Assembly (NCBI GenBank): GCA_017399105.1
Contig: JAFQEJ010000003.1
Coordinates: forward strand, 19,213-83,212
Origin: Clostridia bacterium
GTDB taxonomy: Bacteria; Bacillota; Clostridia; Oscillospirales; CAG-272
DNA: 64,000 bases
Reading direction: 5' to 3'
In this document: piece by piece, positions 27,601 to 35,867 of the stretch
Numbering within the stretch: position 1 is the first letter of the stretch
Layout: each line of letters starts with the position of its first letter
Position numbers and translations under genes: made by a program
Notes under the pieces: model-generated
Told to the model about the DNA's origin: nothing
Database searches by the model: none
The model's input: the letters and a program-made list of their open reading frames with translations, nothing else

Positions 27601-27949
27601 CGAAGCCGCTTCGATTGCTCTCACCGACGGCACCGACACCTCCCCCAGAAAGTATCTCAGCTGTGTCATCGCCTATGCCGAGGACAGCACAGGCAAGGAG
27701 ATTACAGCGGGCGGCAGCACCTCGGACAAGAGCGTCACCCTCACCCTCGCCAATACCGGCTATACCTCCTGGGGCGAAGGGGATGTGATCCTCTGCGGCG
27801 AGGACGGAAGTGTCCTCTGCACCCTCCCCGCTCTGGCACAGGGCGAGCGCGCCAATGTAACGATCACGCTGACCGAAGGCACCCACATCATCCGCGCATC
27901 GGCACAGGGAATCCCCTTCGGTACACCCTTCACAATCAATGTAAAATAA
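24623..27949 (+). CDS. 1108-aa secreted lipoprotein with a beta-sandwich (CBM-like) region and a TIM-barrel glycoside-hydrolase-like region
   Basis: Lipobox LLLCCAGC followed by a T/A/E/P-rich linker. The central segment HMHGVNYFG....DLERIKEIGFNAVSLQV...ARELGLYV resembles GH clan-A barrels. No family assignment is possible by eye. Confidence 0.5.
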   Translation: MNYRRFIKMMSTLVLGLLLCCAGCNSADSGSEVTTAADTAADTTAPTAETTPAIPEERKLGRILILHEPGKPASYEEALSSNLSAITEVVIADWDSTEAASFTVEDTELVILTGADRIDGGLLNRAAAYRKKGGNVTVLGGPLCETIPFKREDGSYATLNEFLSTSDSVTLQLDPSDKKQIAKITRTASNPAVKHKKTGGDFGMGHASLKLENGYFDGWDVMIIPYTPKANDNAVCFYAKAEGAATYYMELVLDDGTRYLGPAPETTADWSFYTIRYDEFGLYPGSGTTPLSADRVKTFMIGGTGLTEGQGYTMYLDTLASASFSVTDESAEFEHLTTPTDFYQITNAKALTAYAGQAVIAEADYIIPEEIYSTLRASEGTGYLKERDFRLIPLLEAFDEKGLHSGWAAWINLYDKGSLTAFPMGDAFFDENGIAAVADAARLLINGSHFTEAGTRSYVYEENTEKIEANAAFYAPEGAVVRYSFTSGDKLLKSEEITVAPTGSKERNSISLSLGEDGIPDRIKVELLVGERTVDVISHPILVMGEDISSAGFVTMEDGAFRRNGEAIHMHGVNYFGSYGAFGTHFACDALYDPYLVRCDLERIKEIGFNAVSLQVGPWDLAGEVESGYNKNMTQVVAIARELGLYVDMYVPFYENIERFGELVKLHRFDEFDNITAYDIIWEGSVGTYASLDDAGKAARSNEWVDWINLNYGSIGAASAAFGITCPETADFDALLCKANASPAEAALATAFRRFMDEKISTHLLAATERIRGYDPNHLISFRCCDSGYPSAASGSYKYNAYLYDFSSFCGALDFVSPEGYGYTRYQFDATAYEGAFAADYAELVCGDTTTICKEFGWSAFSGSNYEPNEAGLAYAAEIYTEVYDALYMGEGGGSYIWWYTGGYRPGEGSDYGVVNPDGSDRPGTKVVREYAERMLSIDPLTEKETVTFTVDRDLYADGLAGIWASIKDEYIAALDSGKRVKLVSAGSGMTVAEAASIALTDGTDTSPRKYLSCVIAYAEDSTGKEITAGGSTSDKSVTLTLANTGYTSWGEGDVILCGEDGSVLCTLPALAQGERANVTITLTEGTHIIRASAQGIPFGTPFTINVK

Positions 27950-28001
27950 AGCTTCATTCCATCGCAGCACAAAATATTTTTAATAAAGAAAGGCACAACT
28001 C

Positions 28002-28601
28002 ATGAAAAAGACAATCGCACTTCTCCTTATCGCAGCAGCCCTCCTTGTTTCCTGCAGCAATGCATCGGACGATGCACAGGAAACCACAGCCGACATGGTC
28101 GGCTTTGACACCACCACAGTCGAAGAAACCGAGCCCGAGACAGAACCCGAAACTGAGCCTGTCACCACCGAAGCTCCCGAGACAGAGCCTCCGGAACCCT
28201 TTGCTGTTGAGGCTAAGTTCACCGTTTTCACCGATGCAGAGGAAGAATACATCTGGGATGAATACGAGTCCTCCAAGGATCCCTCGGGCAACCGCTTCCA
28301 TGACATCGACCATTACATCATCTACCGTTTCCCCACCGGCTGGAATAAGAACGGTACCCTCAACATCCGTCTGAACAACCAGTTTGAGCTGTCCGTTTCT
28401 GCAGATGATGACGAATATGAGGTCATCGCCTCCTCTGATGCCATCAAGGCAAATAAGGCTGTCACTTATGATCTCTCCAAGTTCATGACAGGCGAATATG
28501 TCTATGTCCGCATCGGCGACTCCTCCACCGAGGACGGATACGGCGGACTGATCCCCGCAGGTGCAGCCGTTATCTTCACCGCTCCCGCCACCGTAGAATA
28601 A
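28002..28601 (+). CDS. secreted lipoprotein with a TEPE-repeat linker and a small beta-rich C-terminal domain
   Basis: Lipobox LLVSC, linker EETEPETEPETEPVTTEAPETEPPEP. The domain is unrecognised. Confidence 0.65.
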   Translation: MKKTIALLLIAAALLVSCSNASDDAQETTADMVGFDTTTVEETEPETEPETEPVTTEAPETEPPEPFAVEAKFTVFTDAEEEYIWDEYESSKDPSGNRFHDIDHYIIYRFPTGWNKNGTLNIRLNNQFELSVSADDDEYEVIASSDAIKANKAVTYDLSKFMTGEYVYVRIGDSSTEDGYGGLIPAGAAVIFTAPATVE

Positions 28602-28621
28602 GCATAATCAAATTAAATCAA

Positions 28622-28661
28622 GACTGCTGTGAATGTCACAATTCGCAGCAGTCCTTCTTTG
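28622..28661 (+). terminator. rho-independent terminator
   Basis: GACTGCTG..(loop)..CAGCAGTC followed by CTTCTTTG. Confidence 0.6.
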
Positions 28662-28839
28662 TCCCTTCTGCCAAGAGAATATCGCCCGCCGATTCTCTCT
28701 TTTCCTCTTTACGGCAGACTGTTCACCCCCCGGTGCTGCGAAACTTTTTCTATTTATCCGATTTTTCCCCCTCAACTATTGACACCATGCCGTCTTTTGT
28801 TGTAAAATGATGTAAATAATCCATAAAGGAGATTCTGTT

Positions 28840-29904
28840 ATGTCTGCTATCAAGGTTGCCGTTATCGGCTGCGGAACCATCGCCAATTCCGCTCATATTC
28901 CTTCCTATATGAACTGTCCCGATGCGGAGATCAAATATTTCTGCGACATCATCCCCGAGCGCGCCGAGGCTGCAGTCAAGCAATACGGCTGCGGCATCGC
29001 CGTCACCGATTACAAGGAGGTTCTCGCCGATCCAGAGGTAAGTGCCGTATCGGTCTGCACCCCCAATAATATGCATCCCATCATCTCCATCGATGCGCTG
29101 AAAGCCGGCAAGCATGTCCTCTGCGAGAAGCCTGCCGCACGAACCTGGGCTGAAGCCAAGACCATGCAGGATGTTCAGCACGAAACAGGACTCACCCTCA
29201 ATATCGGTGTGGTCAACCGCTTCAATCCCGCTGTCAACGAGATCAAAAAGCTGATCGACGCAGGTGAGCTGGGTGAGGTCTACCATGTTTATGTATCCTT
29301 CCGCGCACATCGCTCGATTCCCGGCCTCGGCGGAGCCTTCACCACCAAGGAAATCGCAGGCGGCGGCGCTCTCATCGACTGGGGCGTACACTATCTGGAT
29401 ATCGTCATGTACTGTATGGGCGATCCCAAGCCGCTCACAGCATCGGGCAAGGCCTTCAGCAAGCTGGGCGTAGATATGAAAAATTATGTTTACGAGAGCA
29501 TGTGGGCTGAGAACACCAAGAATCCGGAGGGCACCTATGATGTGGACGACAGTGTAACTGCCTTCATCCGCACCGATGGCCCCACCATCACCCTCAATGG
29601 CGCATGGGCACAGAATATTGGCGTGCCCGATCAGTACATCGATTTCCTCGGCACCAAGGGCGGCATCCGTCTCATCTACGGCGGCGACTTCACCGTCTAC
29701 ACCACCAAGGACGGCAAGCTCCATTCCTATAAGCCCGAGTATGAAAGCTCCCCCATGTTCCAGAACGAAATCAACGCCTTCGTCGCATGCGTCAAGTCGG
29801 GCGAAAAGCTCCCCTCTCATATCGACCGCAACATCCTCACCTCCAAGCTCATGCAGGGCATCTATGACTCCAGCGAGCTGGGTAAAGAGGTTACTCTTGA
29901 CTGA
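28840..29904 (+). CDS. Gfo/Idh/MocA-family NAD(P)-dependent oxidoreductase
   Basis: Rossmann N-terminus KVAVIGCGTIANSAHIPSY and the EKP motif (CEKPAA). Confidence 0.85.
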   Translation: MSAIKVAVIGCGTIANSAHIPSYMNCPDAEIKYFCDIIPERAEAAVKQYGCGIAVTDYKEVLADPEVSAVSVCTPNNMHPIISIDALKAGKHVLCEKPAARTWAEAKTMQDVQHETGLTLNIGVVNRFNPAVNEIKKLIDAGELGEVYHVYVSFRAHRSIPGLGGAFTTKEIAGGGALIDWGVHYLDIVMYCMGDPKPLTASGKAFSKLGVDMKNYVYESMWAENTKNPEGTYDVDDSVTAFIRTDGPTITLNGAWAQNIGVPDQYIDFLGTKGGIRLIYGGDFTVYTTKDGKLHSYKPEYESSPMFQNEINAFVACVKSGEKLPSHIDRNILTSKLMQGIYDSSELGKEVTLD

Positions 29905-29942
29905 TCTCCGGTCTGTCATTCACCAAGAAAGGAAGTATCTCT

Positions 29943-30695
29943 ATGAAAATGCTGATTATATCCGACATCCACGGAAACTGTACCGCCCTTGACGCCATCT
30001 GGGAAAAGGAAAAATATGCAGACCTCATCGTCTGCGCCGGTGACTGCGTGGAGTTCGGCTTCACCCCTCACGAAACGATTGCATGGCTCAAGGAGCATAA
30101 TGTCATCGCCGTGGCAGGCAACCATGACCGCGGCATTCTCAATATGTATGACCGCCGCGAGGAGCTGCGTGCTGCCCCCGACTCCGAGCTGAAAAGCCAT
30201 GCCGAATACACCGCCAAATACCTCACCGACGAGGACTTCGAGTATATCCGCAATCTCCCCGACTTCGCACGCTTCACCTTTGACGGCAAGGATTACCTCA
30301 TGACACACAGCTTCAACGAAGCGCAGATGCATCATGTTGCCGACAGTCTCAAATCCTTCACCGACCTCAACCACTTCTCCGAGCTGCGCGCCCAGCACAC
30401 CGATCTGGATAAGGACGCACCGCTGCGCATCATCGAGGGTCACACCCACTCTGCCATGGTCAATCACATCGCAGCAGGCAAGCTCTGGATCAACCCCGGC
30501 AGCGTCTCCTACCGCGTCGGTCCCGACCATCAGAGCAAGGGCAGCGACTACATTGTGCTTGAGAATGACGCCTTCCGCTTTGAGCATCTCTATTATGACA
30601 GCAAATCCATGCTGGAAAAGCTTGAGACACTCGGCTTTGAGGGCTGGCAAAAGGATGTCAGCCACTCCTTCTGGGACAAAGAAGTGCTGCCGTAA
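29943..30695 (+). CDS. metallophosphoesterase (calcineurin-like, YfcE-type), tandem copy 1
   Basis: ISDIHGN, GD(C).., GNHD and GHTH motifs. Confidence 0.8.
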   Translation: MKMLIISDIHGNCTALDAIWEKEKYADLIVCAGDCVEFGFTPHETIAWLKEHNVIAVAGNHDRGILNMYDRREELRAAPDSELKSHAEYTAKYLTDEDFEYIRNLPDFARFTFDGKDYLMTHSFNEAQMHHVADSLKSFTDLNHFSELRAQHTDLDKDAPLRIIEGHTHSAMVNHIAAGKLWINPGSVSYRVGPDHQSKGSDYIVLENDAFRFEHLYYDSKSMLEKLETLGFEGWQKDVSHSFWDKEVLP

Positions 30696-30737
30696 CAGAA
30701 AATCGCTGGTTTGTACCGGACAGGAGACTTTACTGAT

Positions 30738-31502
30738 ATGAAAATGCTATTAATTTCCGATCTTCACGCCAACATTGATGCGCTCAACGAGGTATGGAAG
30801 CGGGAAAAATATGCCGATCTTGTGGTTTGTGCGGGAGACTGCACCGATTTCGGCTTTAATCCCCACGAGGTCATCGCCTGGCTGAAGGAGCGGAATGCCA
30901 TCTGCGTCATCGGCAACCATGACAGGGCAATCCTCGATCGCTTTGATGAGCGTGAGGCGATCCGCGCCAAGGATGACAGCGAATTTAAAACCTTTGCCGA
31001 CTACAATATCAAGCACCTCACCGACGAGGATTTCGATTTTCTGCGGAAGCTTCCCGAGGTCACCTGCTTTGAGTGCGACGGCTATGCTTATCTCATCACC
31101 CATTCCTTCAATTTCGCCGACATGTTCCAGCTTGCCAAGTCGCTGACAACGCTCTCCGACTTCAATCTGCTTGCCGAAATTCACGAAAAGTATGCCCATC
31201 TGATCCCGAAGGATAAGCCCCTGCGCATCATCGACGGTCACACCCACACCGCCATGGTCAACCACATCGCCGGCGGCATCCTCTGGATCAATCCCGGCTC
31301 TACTGCCTACCGCAAAGGTCCAGACCATCAGAGCAAGGGCAGCGACTACATCGTCATCGAGGACGGCAATTTCCGCTTCGAGCATCTCTATTATGACAGC
31401 ACCCCTTTCACCGCCCTCCTCGATTCGCTGAACATGGAGGACTGGCATCACCGCGTGGGACACTCCTTCTGGGACCCCGAAGTGCTGCCCTGGGAGCAAT
31501 AA
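30738..31502 (+). CDS. metallophosphoesterase, tandem copy 2 (paralogue of 29943-30695)
   Basis: ISDLHAN, GNHD and GHTH motifs. It is collinear with copy 1 over its full length. The start was moved to M10 of the ORF. Confidence 0.8.
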   Translation: MKMLLISDLHANIDALNEVWKREKYADLVVCAGDCTDFGFNPHEVIAWLKERNAICVIGNHDRAILDRFDEREAIRAKDDSEFKTFADYNIKHLTDEDFDFLRKLPEVTCFECDGYAYLITHSFNFADMFQLAKSLTTLSDFNLLAEIHEKYAHLIPKDKPLRIIDGHTHTAMVNHIAGGILWINPGSTAYRKGPDHQSKGSDYIVIEDGNFRFEHLYYDSTPFTALLDSLNMEDWHHRVGHSFWDPEVLPWEQ

Positions 31503-31517
31503 CCGCATCAATATCAA

Positions 31518-31550
31518 AGGCTGACACCGGAATTCTCCACGTGTCAGCCT
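31518..31550. terminator. bidirectional hairpin terminator between convergent genes
   Basis: AGGCTGACAC..(13 nt)..GTGTCAGCCT, flanked by an A-run on the left and a T-run on the right. Confidence 0.7.
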
Positions 31551-31559
31551 CATTTTTAT

Positions 31560-32657
31560 TCATTCATTATTCGCCGCCTCTGTGCGGTCGCATCCCTTCG
31601 TCAGCATCACAGCGAGCACCAGCGCCAGAATTCCCCCCGCCAGCTTTCCGACAATCAGCGGCAGTACCGTCGAGGTATCCACCGCAGCCTGAAACGCCAG
31701 ATGATCACCGATCACAAAGGAAGCGGGAATCATATAAGCAAGATTGAGCACAATTCCCCGGTCATTCATCTCCCTTGTCATGGCGAACACGGGAATTCCG
31801 TTGACCGAAGAGGTCACAATGCCCATCACCGAAGCCTCGTTGATGCCCAGCTTTCCTCCCACGCGGGAAAATACCCGACGGCAAAGCTTCTCAAGAAAAA
31901 AGAGCAGGGTAAAGGCACCGCACAAAAAGATGGCGATTCCGCCGATAATCAGCATGCCCTCATCAAAGGAGCCCAAATCGGCAGCCTGTATGCCGGTAAC
32001 CTTGACCACCATCGCCACAGCCAGCGCCGCTGTCAGGATTCCGGTCAGAATATATCCGAAAACCGTCACGCATTTGACGGTAATGCGCTCAAAGAAGAGC
32101 AGTCCGACAATAAAAATCCCGGCAAAGAGGAAGAGCGGGAGCAGATTCCGCAGCAGAAGGAGAATCGGAATGCCAAACATCAGACCGCTCACCGCATAGG
32201 TAAGGGGGAGCGTAATGATACCGATGACAATGCCCTTGGCGGCAAGCGAATGCTTTTCTCTCGGGACAATGGCAAAGCAGAGGGGAAAGGTGGAGATGAG
32301 CGTGCATCCCATGGTGCTTCCGATGACAGAGCCTGCCAGCCTGCCTATCTGCTCATCCTGCGCCAGCGCCAAAGCAAGCTGCCATCCCCCCGCATCATTT
32401 GCGAGGAAGATTCCGGCGACGATCGAAGGATCGATGCCCAGCATCCCGAAAAAGGGCTCAAGGAGGGGCGCGAGGTATTTTGCAATCAGCGGAGCCAGGG
32501 TAATCGGCCCGATCATCGTGAGAATCAGCGCGCCTGTCGCCTCAAATCCACGCTCAAAGGCTTTGCCGGGACCGAACCTGCAGCCGATTGCCCGGTCTGC
32601 CGCCCCGATCAGCGCAAAGAAGAGCATGATGTATGTAATAATATCGCCTATGGTCAT
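31560..32657 (-). CDS. eutH: EutH-family (ethanolamine utilisation) membrane permease
   Basis: N-terminus ..ALIGAADRAIG.RFG.G..FERGF...G.L.L.M.G...LAP and LANDAGG.., at about 365 aa with multiple TM segments. Confidence 0.75.
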   Translation of the reverse strand: MTIGDIITYIMLFFALIGAADRAIGCRFGPGKAFERGFEATGALILTMIGPITLAPLIAKYLAPLLEPFFGMLGIDPSIVAGIFLANDAGGWQLALALAQDEQIGRLAGSVIGSTMGCTLISTFPLCFAIVPREKHSLAAKGIVIGIITLPLTYAVSGLMFGIPILLLLRNLLPLFLFAGIFIVGLLFFERITVKCVTVFGYILTGILTAALAVAMVVKVTGIQAADLGSFDEGMLIIGGIAIFLCGAFTLLFFLEKLCRRVFSRVGGKLGINEASVMGIVTSSVNGIPVFAMTREMNDRGIVLNLAYMIPASFVIGDHLAFQAAVDTSTVLPLIVGKLAGGILALVLAVMLTKGCDRTEAANNE

Positions 32658-32817
32658 GGTATTCTGTCCTCATCGTTTTTTCGGTACTTTTCATGATCCG
32701 AACAAGACAAGTATAACACAATCTGACCTGGAATGCAACACTAAACAACTAAAGAAAAAAAGACCCGCTGTAAACGGTGAATTTACAGCAGGTCTGCTTA
32801 TACAGTTTGTCCCAATT

Positions 32818-32954
32818 CGACAAAGTGTTCCCGTTGCCCATGCACATGCAATTTCGGCGTAGGGCGGGGGTTTACTCCCGCCGTTTCGTGCGATTTCGGT
32901 TGCTTCAGACGGCGTGATCAAGACCCCGCCCTACAAAACAATCCGCATATCTGC
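32818..32954 (+). repeat. ~137-nt structured intergenic repeat, copy A (copy B inverted at 57603-57740)
   Basis: Hand alignment to the reverse complement of 57603-57740 gives roughly 80% identity. It contains the long-range stem GTAGGGCGGGG...CCCCGCCCTAC. Confidence 0.8.
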
Positions 32955-32999
32955 ACAGGAATACAAAAGGTAATTGGGATACGGTTTTATGAAGAACGA

Positions 33000-33479
33000 T
33001 TATTCCTCGTCGCCGCAGCAGCAGCCGCAGTCGCAGTCATCATCGTCATCGCAGCTGCAAACGCAGGTGAAATGCTCGTGGCAGCTGGGGCAGATAACAT
33101 CCTCGGGATCGATGGTGTCATCAAAGTAGATCTTCTCGCCGCACTTGGGGCAGTCAGCCTCGAAGAAGCACTCGTCGTCGTCATCGTCGCAGCAGCAATC
33201 ACAGTCATCATCGTCATCGCAATCGCAGCAGTCGCAATCGTCGTCACAGTCATCCTCGTCGCTGTAGCAGTACTCCTCGAGCTCGCCCAGATCGTGATCC
33301 AGCTCGTCGATGTAGTCTGCCATGGTATCCTGAGCGTCGTTCAGGTCGGAAACTTCCTTTGCAATCGAATCAAGTACATCGATGATGGCATTGAGAACCT
33401 TGGTCTCGGGCTTTGCAGCGTCGAGGGAGAGGCCTTCCATCAGACCCTTGATGTATGCAGTCTTTTCGGTGAGATTCAT
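33000..33479 (-). CDS. CD1247-N-domain-type protein with a zinc ribbon and extreme Cys/Asp low-complexity tracts
   Basis: N-terminus MNLTEKTAYIKGLMEGLSLD..VLNAIIDVLDSIA, zinc ribbon CPKCG..(19)..CPSC, and conserved position next to efp. Confidence 0.75.
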   Translation of the reverse strand: MNLTEKTAYIKGLMEGLSLDAAKPETKVLNAIIDVLDSIAKEVSDLNDAQDTMADYIDELDHDLGELEEYCYSDEDDCDDDCDCCDCDDDDDCDCCCDDDDDECFFEADCPKCGEKIYFDDTIDPEDVICPSCHEHFTCVCSCDDDDDCDCGCCCGDEE

Positions 33480-33503
33480 GGGGTATACCTGCCTTTCGTT
33501 TCG

Positions 33504-34061
33504 TTATGCTCTTGCGAGGTATTCGCCTGTTCTGGTGTCGATCTTGAGTACGTCGCCGATATTGATAAAGAGCGGAACCTTAACGATGGCGCCTGTCTCG
33601 AGGGTAGCGGGCTTGGTTGTACCGGTAGCGGTATCACCCTTGAAGCCGGGCTCTGTATCGGTAACCTCAAGCTCAACAAATGTGGGGGGTTCAACTGCGA
33701 AGACGTTGCCCTTGTAGGAAACGATCTTGCACATCATGTTTTCCTTAACAAACTGGAAGTTGTCATCCAGCTTATCCTGTCCGATGGGGAGCTGCTCATA
33801 GGACTCCATGTCCATGAAGTAGTAAAGGTCGCCGTCGTTGTAGAGATACTGCATATCCTTTCTCTCAACGTAAGCATTCTCGTATTTATCGGTAGGGCTG
33901 AATGTACGCTCAACTACCGCGCCTGTGATAACATTTCTGAGCTTTGTACGAACAAAAGCCGCACCCTTACCGGGCTTAACATGCTGGAACTCGATAACCT
34001 GCATGACCTGTCCGTCCATCTCAAAGGTAACTCCGTTTTTAAAATCGCCGGCTACTACCAT
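33504..34061 (-). CDS. efp: elongation factor P
   Basis: ..[21 protein letters not shown] at 185 aa. RBS is ggagg. Confidence 0.95.
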   Translation of the reverse strand: MVVAGDFKNGVTFEMDGQVMQVIEFQHVKPGKGAAFVRTKLRNVITGAVVERTFSPTDKYENAYVERKDMQYLYNDGDLYYFMDMESYEQLPIGQDKLDDNFQFVKENMMCKIVSYKGNVFAVEPPTFVELEVTDTEPGFKGDTATGTTKPATLETGAIVKVPLFINIGDVLKIDTRTGEYLARA

Positions 34062-34175
34062 TTTTAATAATCCTCCAAAGTTTCTAACTTAGTATATTAA
34101 CAGTTACTGATATTATACACCAAAACCGCCTGTTTTTCAATAGTTTCGGCGTATTCTTCACATTCTATTCACAGA

Positions 34176-35240
34176 TTATAATTCGATCAGTTCCTTCGGG
34201 CAGTCGGTGATGTCACGCACGCCGCCCTCATCGCAGATCAGCATATCCTCGATGCGCACACCGTACTTGCCAATCAGATAAATACCCGGTTCGCAGGTCA
34301 CCACATGACCGCGGGTAAAGCACGCCTCGCCCGCCCCCTGAGAGCATCTGGGCGCCTCATGAATCTCAAGACCCACGCCGTGACCGAGGCCGTGACCGAA
34401 GCATCCCTCATAGCCTGCCCCGTAAATGATATCGCGGGCGATGGTATCCAGCCCCTTCAGCGAGCAGCCCTCCTTTGCCGCATCGATGGCAGCAAGCTGA
34501 GCCTCGAGCACCGTGTTGTAGACATGCTTCATCTTCTCGTCCGCTTTGCCCAGCACTACCGTTCTTGTCATATCCGAGCAGTAGCCCTTCACCTTGCAGC
34601 CGTAGTCCATGGTAATAAAGCCGCGCTCCAGCCTGCAGTTTCTCGGCACGCCGTGAGGAACCGAGGAGGCCGAGCCCGAGATGGCAATCGTCTCGAAGGA
34701 AACGCACTCGGCACCGTGGGATCTCATGAAAAATTCCAGCTCGAGAGCCACATCAATCTCGGTGCGCTCGGGGGAAATGTAGCCTAAAATATGCTGAAAA
34801 GCCTGCTCTGCAATTCGCTGTGCTCTGATGATGTTCTCAATCTCGTCGGCATCCTTGTACTCGCGCAGTCCCTCAACCAGACCGCCGATGGGGGTCAGCT
34901 CATACGCCTCGAACCAGCCCGACACCATGCGGTACTCGGCACAGGTCAGATCTCTGTCCTCATAGGCAAGCACCTTTACATGATTCTCCTCCAGCAGACC
35001 GCAGAGGAACGCCTTGAAGCCGCCCTTCGACTCCACAACCTCAAAGCCGGGCGCACATTCCTTTTCTGCCGCTTCTGTATAGCGGAAGTCGGTCACAAGA
35101 TAGGATTTCTCTCTTGTAACCAGCACATAGCCGTCTGTATAGTTAAACTCGGTCAGCCAGCGCTGATTGATCTCGGAGCTCACCAGCAGTCCGTCCACAC
35201 CTGCGGGCAGCGCTGCCTTTAATTTTTCAAGTCTTGTCAT
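34176..35240 (-). CDS. pepP: Xaa-Pro aminopeptidase (M24B family)
   Basis: Creatinase-like N-domain plus the M24 pita-bread metal ligands (..DYG...GY.SD.TRT.., HG.GH..GLE.HE, ..EPG.Y). Confidence 0.85.
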   Translation of the reverse strand: MTRLEKLKAALPAGVDGLLVSSEINQRWLTEFNYTDGYVLVTREKSYLVTDFRYTEAAEKECAPGFEVVESKGGFKAFLCGLLEENHVKVLAYEDRDLTCAEYRMVSGWFEAYELTPIGGLVEGLREYKDADEIENIIRAQRIAEQAFQHILGYISPERTEIDVALELEFFMRSHGAECVSFETIAISGSASSVPHGVPRNCRLERGFITMDYGCKVKGYCSDMTRTVVLGKADEKMKHVYNTVLEAQLAAIDAAKEGCSLKGLDTIARDIIYGAGYEGCFGHGLGHGVGLEIHEAPRCSQGAGEACFTRGHVVTCEPGIYLIGKYGVRIEDMLICDEGGVRDITDCPKELIEL

Positions 35241-35255
35241 GGTTACCCCCAAAAA

Positions 35256-35855
35256 TTATTTGCTCTGCATATTCTTTCTGTTTTCGATATTGCTCATGGT
35301 ATAGCGGAAGTCCTCGCTCACCATGCTGTCTCCGAAAACCTCCTCATAGCGGTCGATTGCTTCCTGGGTAATCTTCAGCGCATCGGTATAATCACGCACC
35401 TCATCCACCGACATGTCGCGGTGCTCCAACGTCTTGTAAACCTGGAAGAAGTGCTTCATCTCATCATAAATATGCTTGGGCAGCGAGAAGATGCTTCTGT
35501 AGCCATTGTAGGTGGGATCGCTGAAGGGAATGGCGATGATCTTGTCGTCCGCCCTGCCGTTGTCAGCCATACTGATAACGCCGATGGGATAGCAGCGCAC
35601 CAGTGTCAGCGGATGAATCGGCTCGGAGCAGAGCACCAGCACATCCAGCGGGTCATCGTCATCGGCAAAGGTGCGCGGGATGAATCCGTAGTTGGCAGGA
35701 TAGTGCGTCGATGTGTAAAGCACGCGGTCGAGGCTCATAATACCCGTTTCCTTGTCCAGCTCATACTTATTCTTGCTTCCCTTGGGAATCTCAATGACAG
35801 CCACAAAATCGTCCTTTTTGATTCTCTCGGGTGAAATGTCATGCCAAATGTTCAT
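35256..35855 (-). CDS. ppa: inorganic pyrophosphatase, family I
   Basis: ..IEIPKGSKNKYELDKETG....DRVLY....YP.NYGFIP.T...DDDPLDVLVL. Confidence 0.9.
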   Translation of the reverse strand: MNIWHDISPERIKKDDFVAVIEIPKGSKNKYELDKETGIMSLDRVLYTSTHYPANYGFIPRTFADDDDPLDVLVLCSEPIHPLTLVRCYPIGVISMADNGRADDKIIAIPFSDPTYNGYRSIFSLPKHIYDEMKHFFQVYKTLEHRDMSVDEVRDYTDALKITQEAIDRYEEVFGDSMVSEDFRYTMSNIENRKNMQSK

Positions 35856-35867
35856 ATTCCGTCTCCT

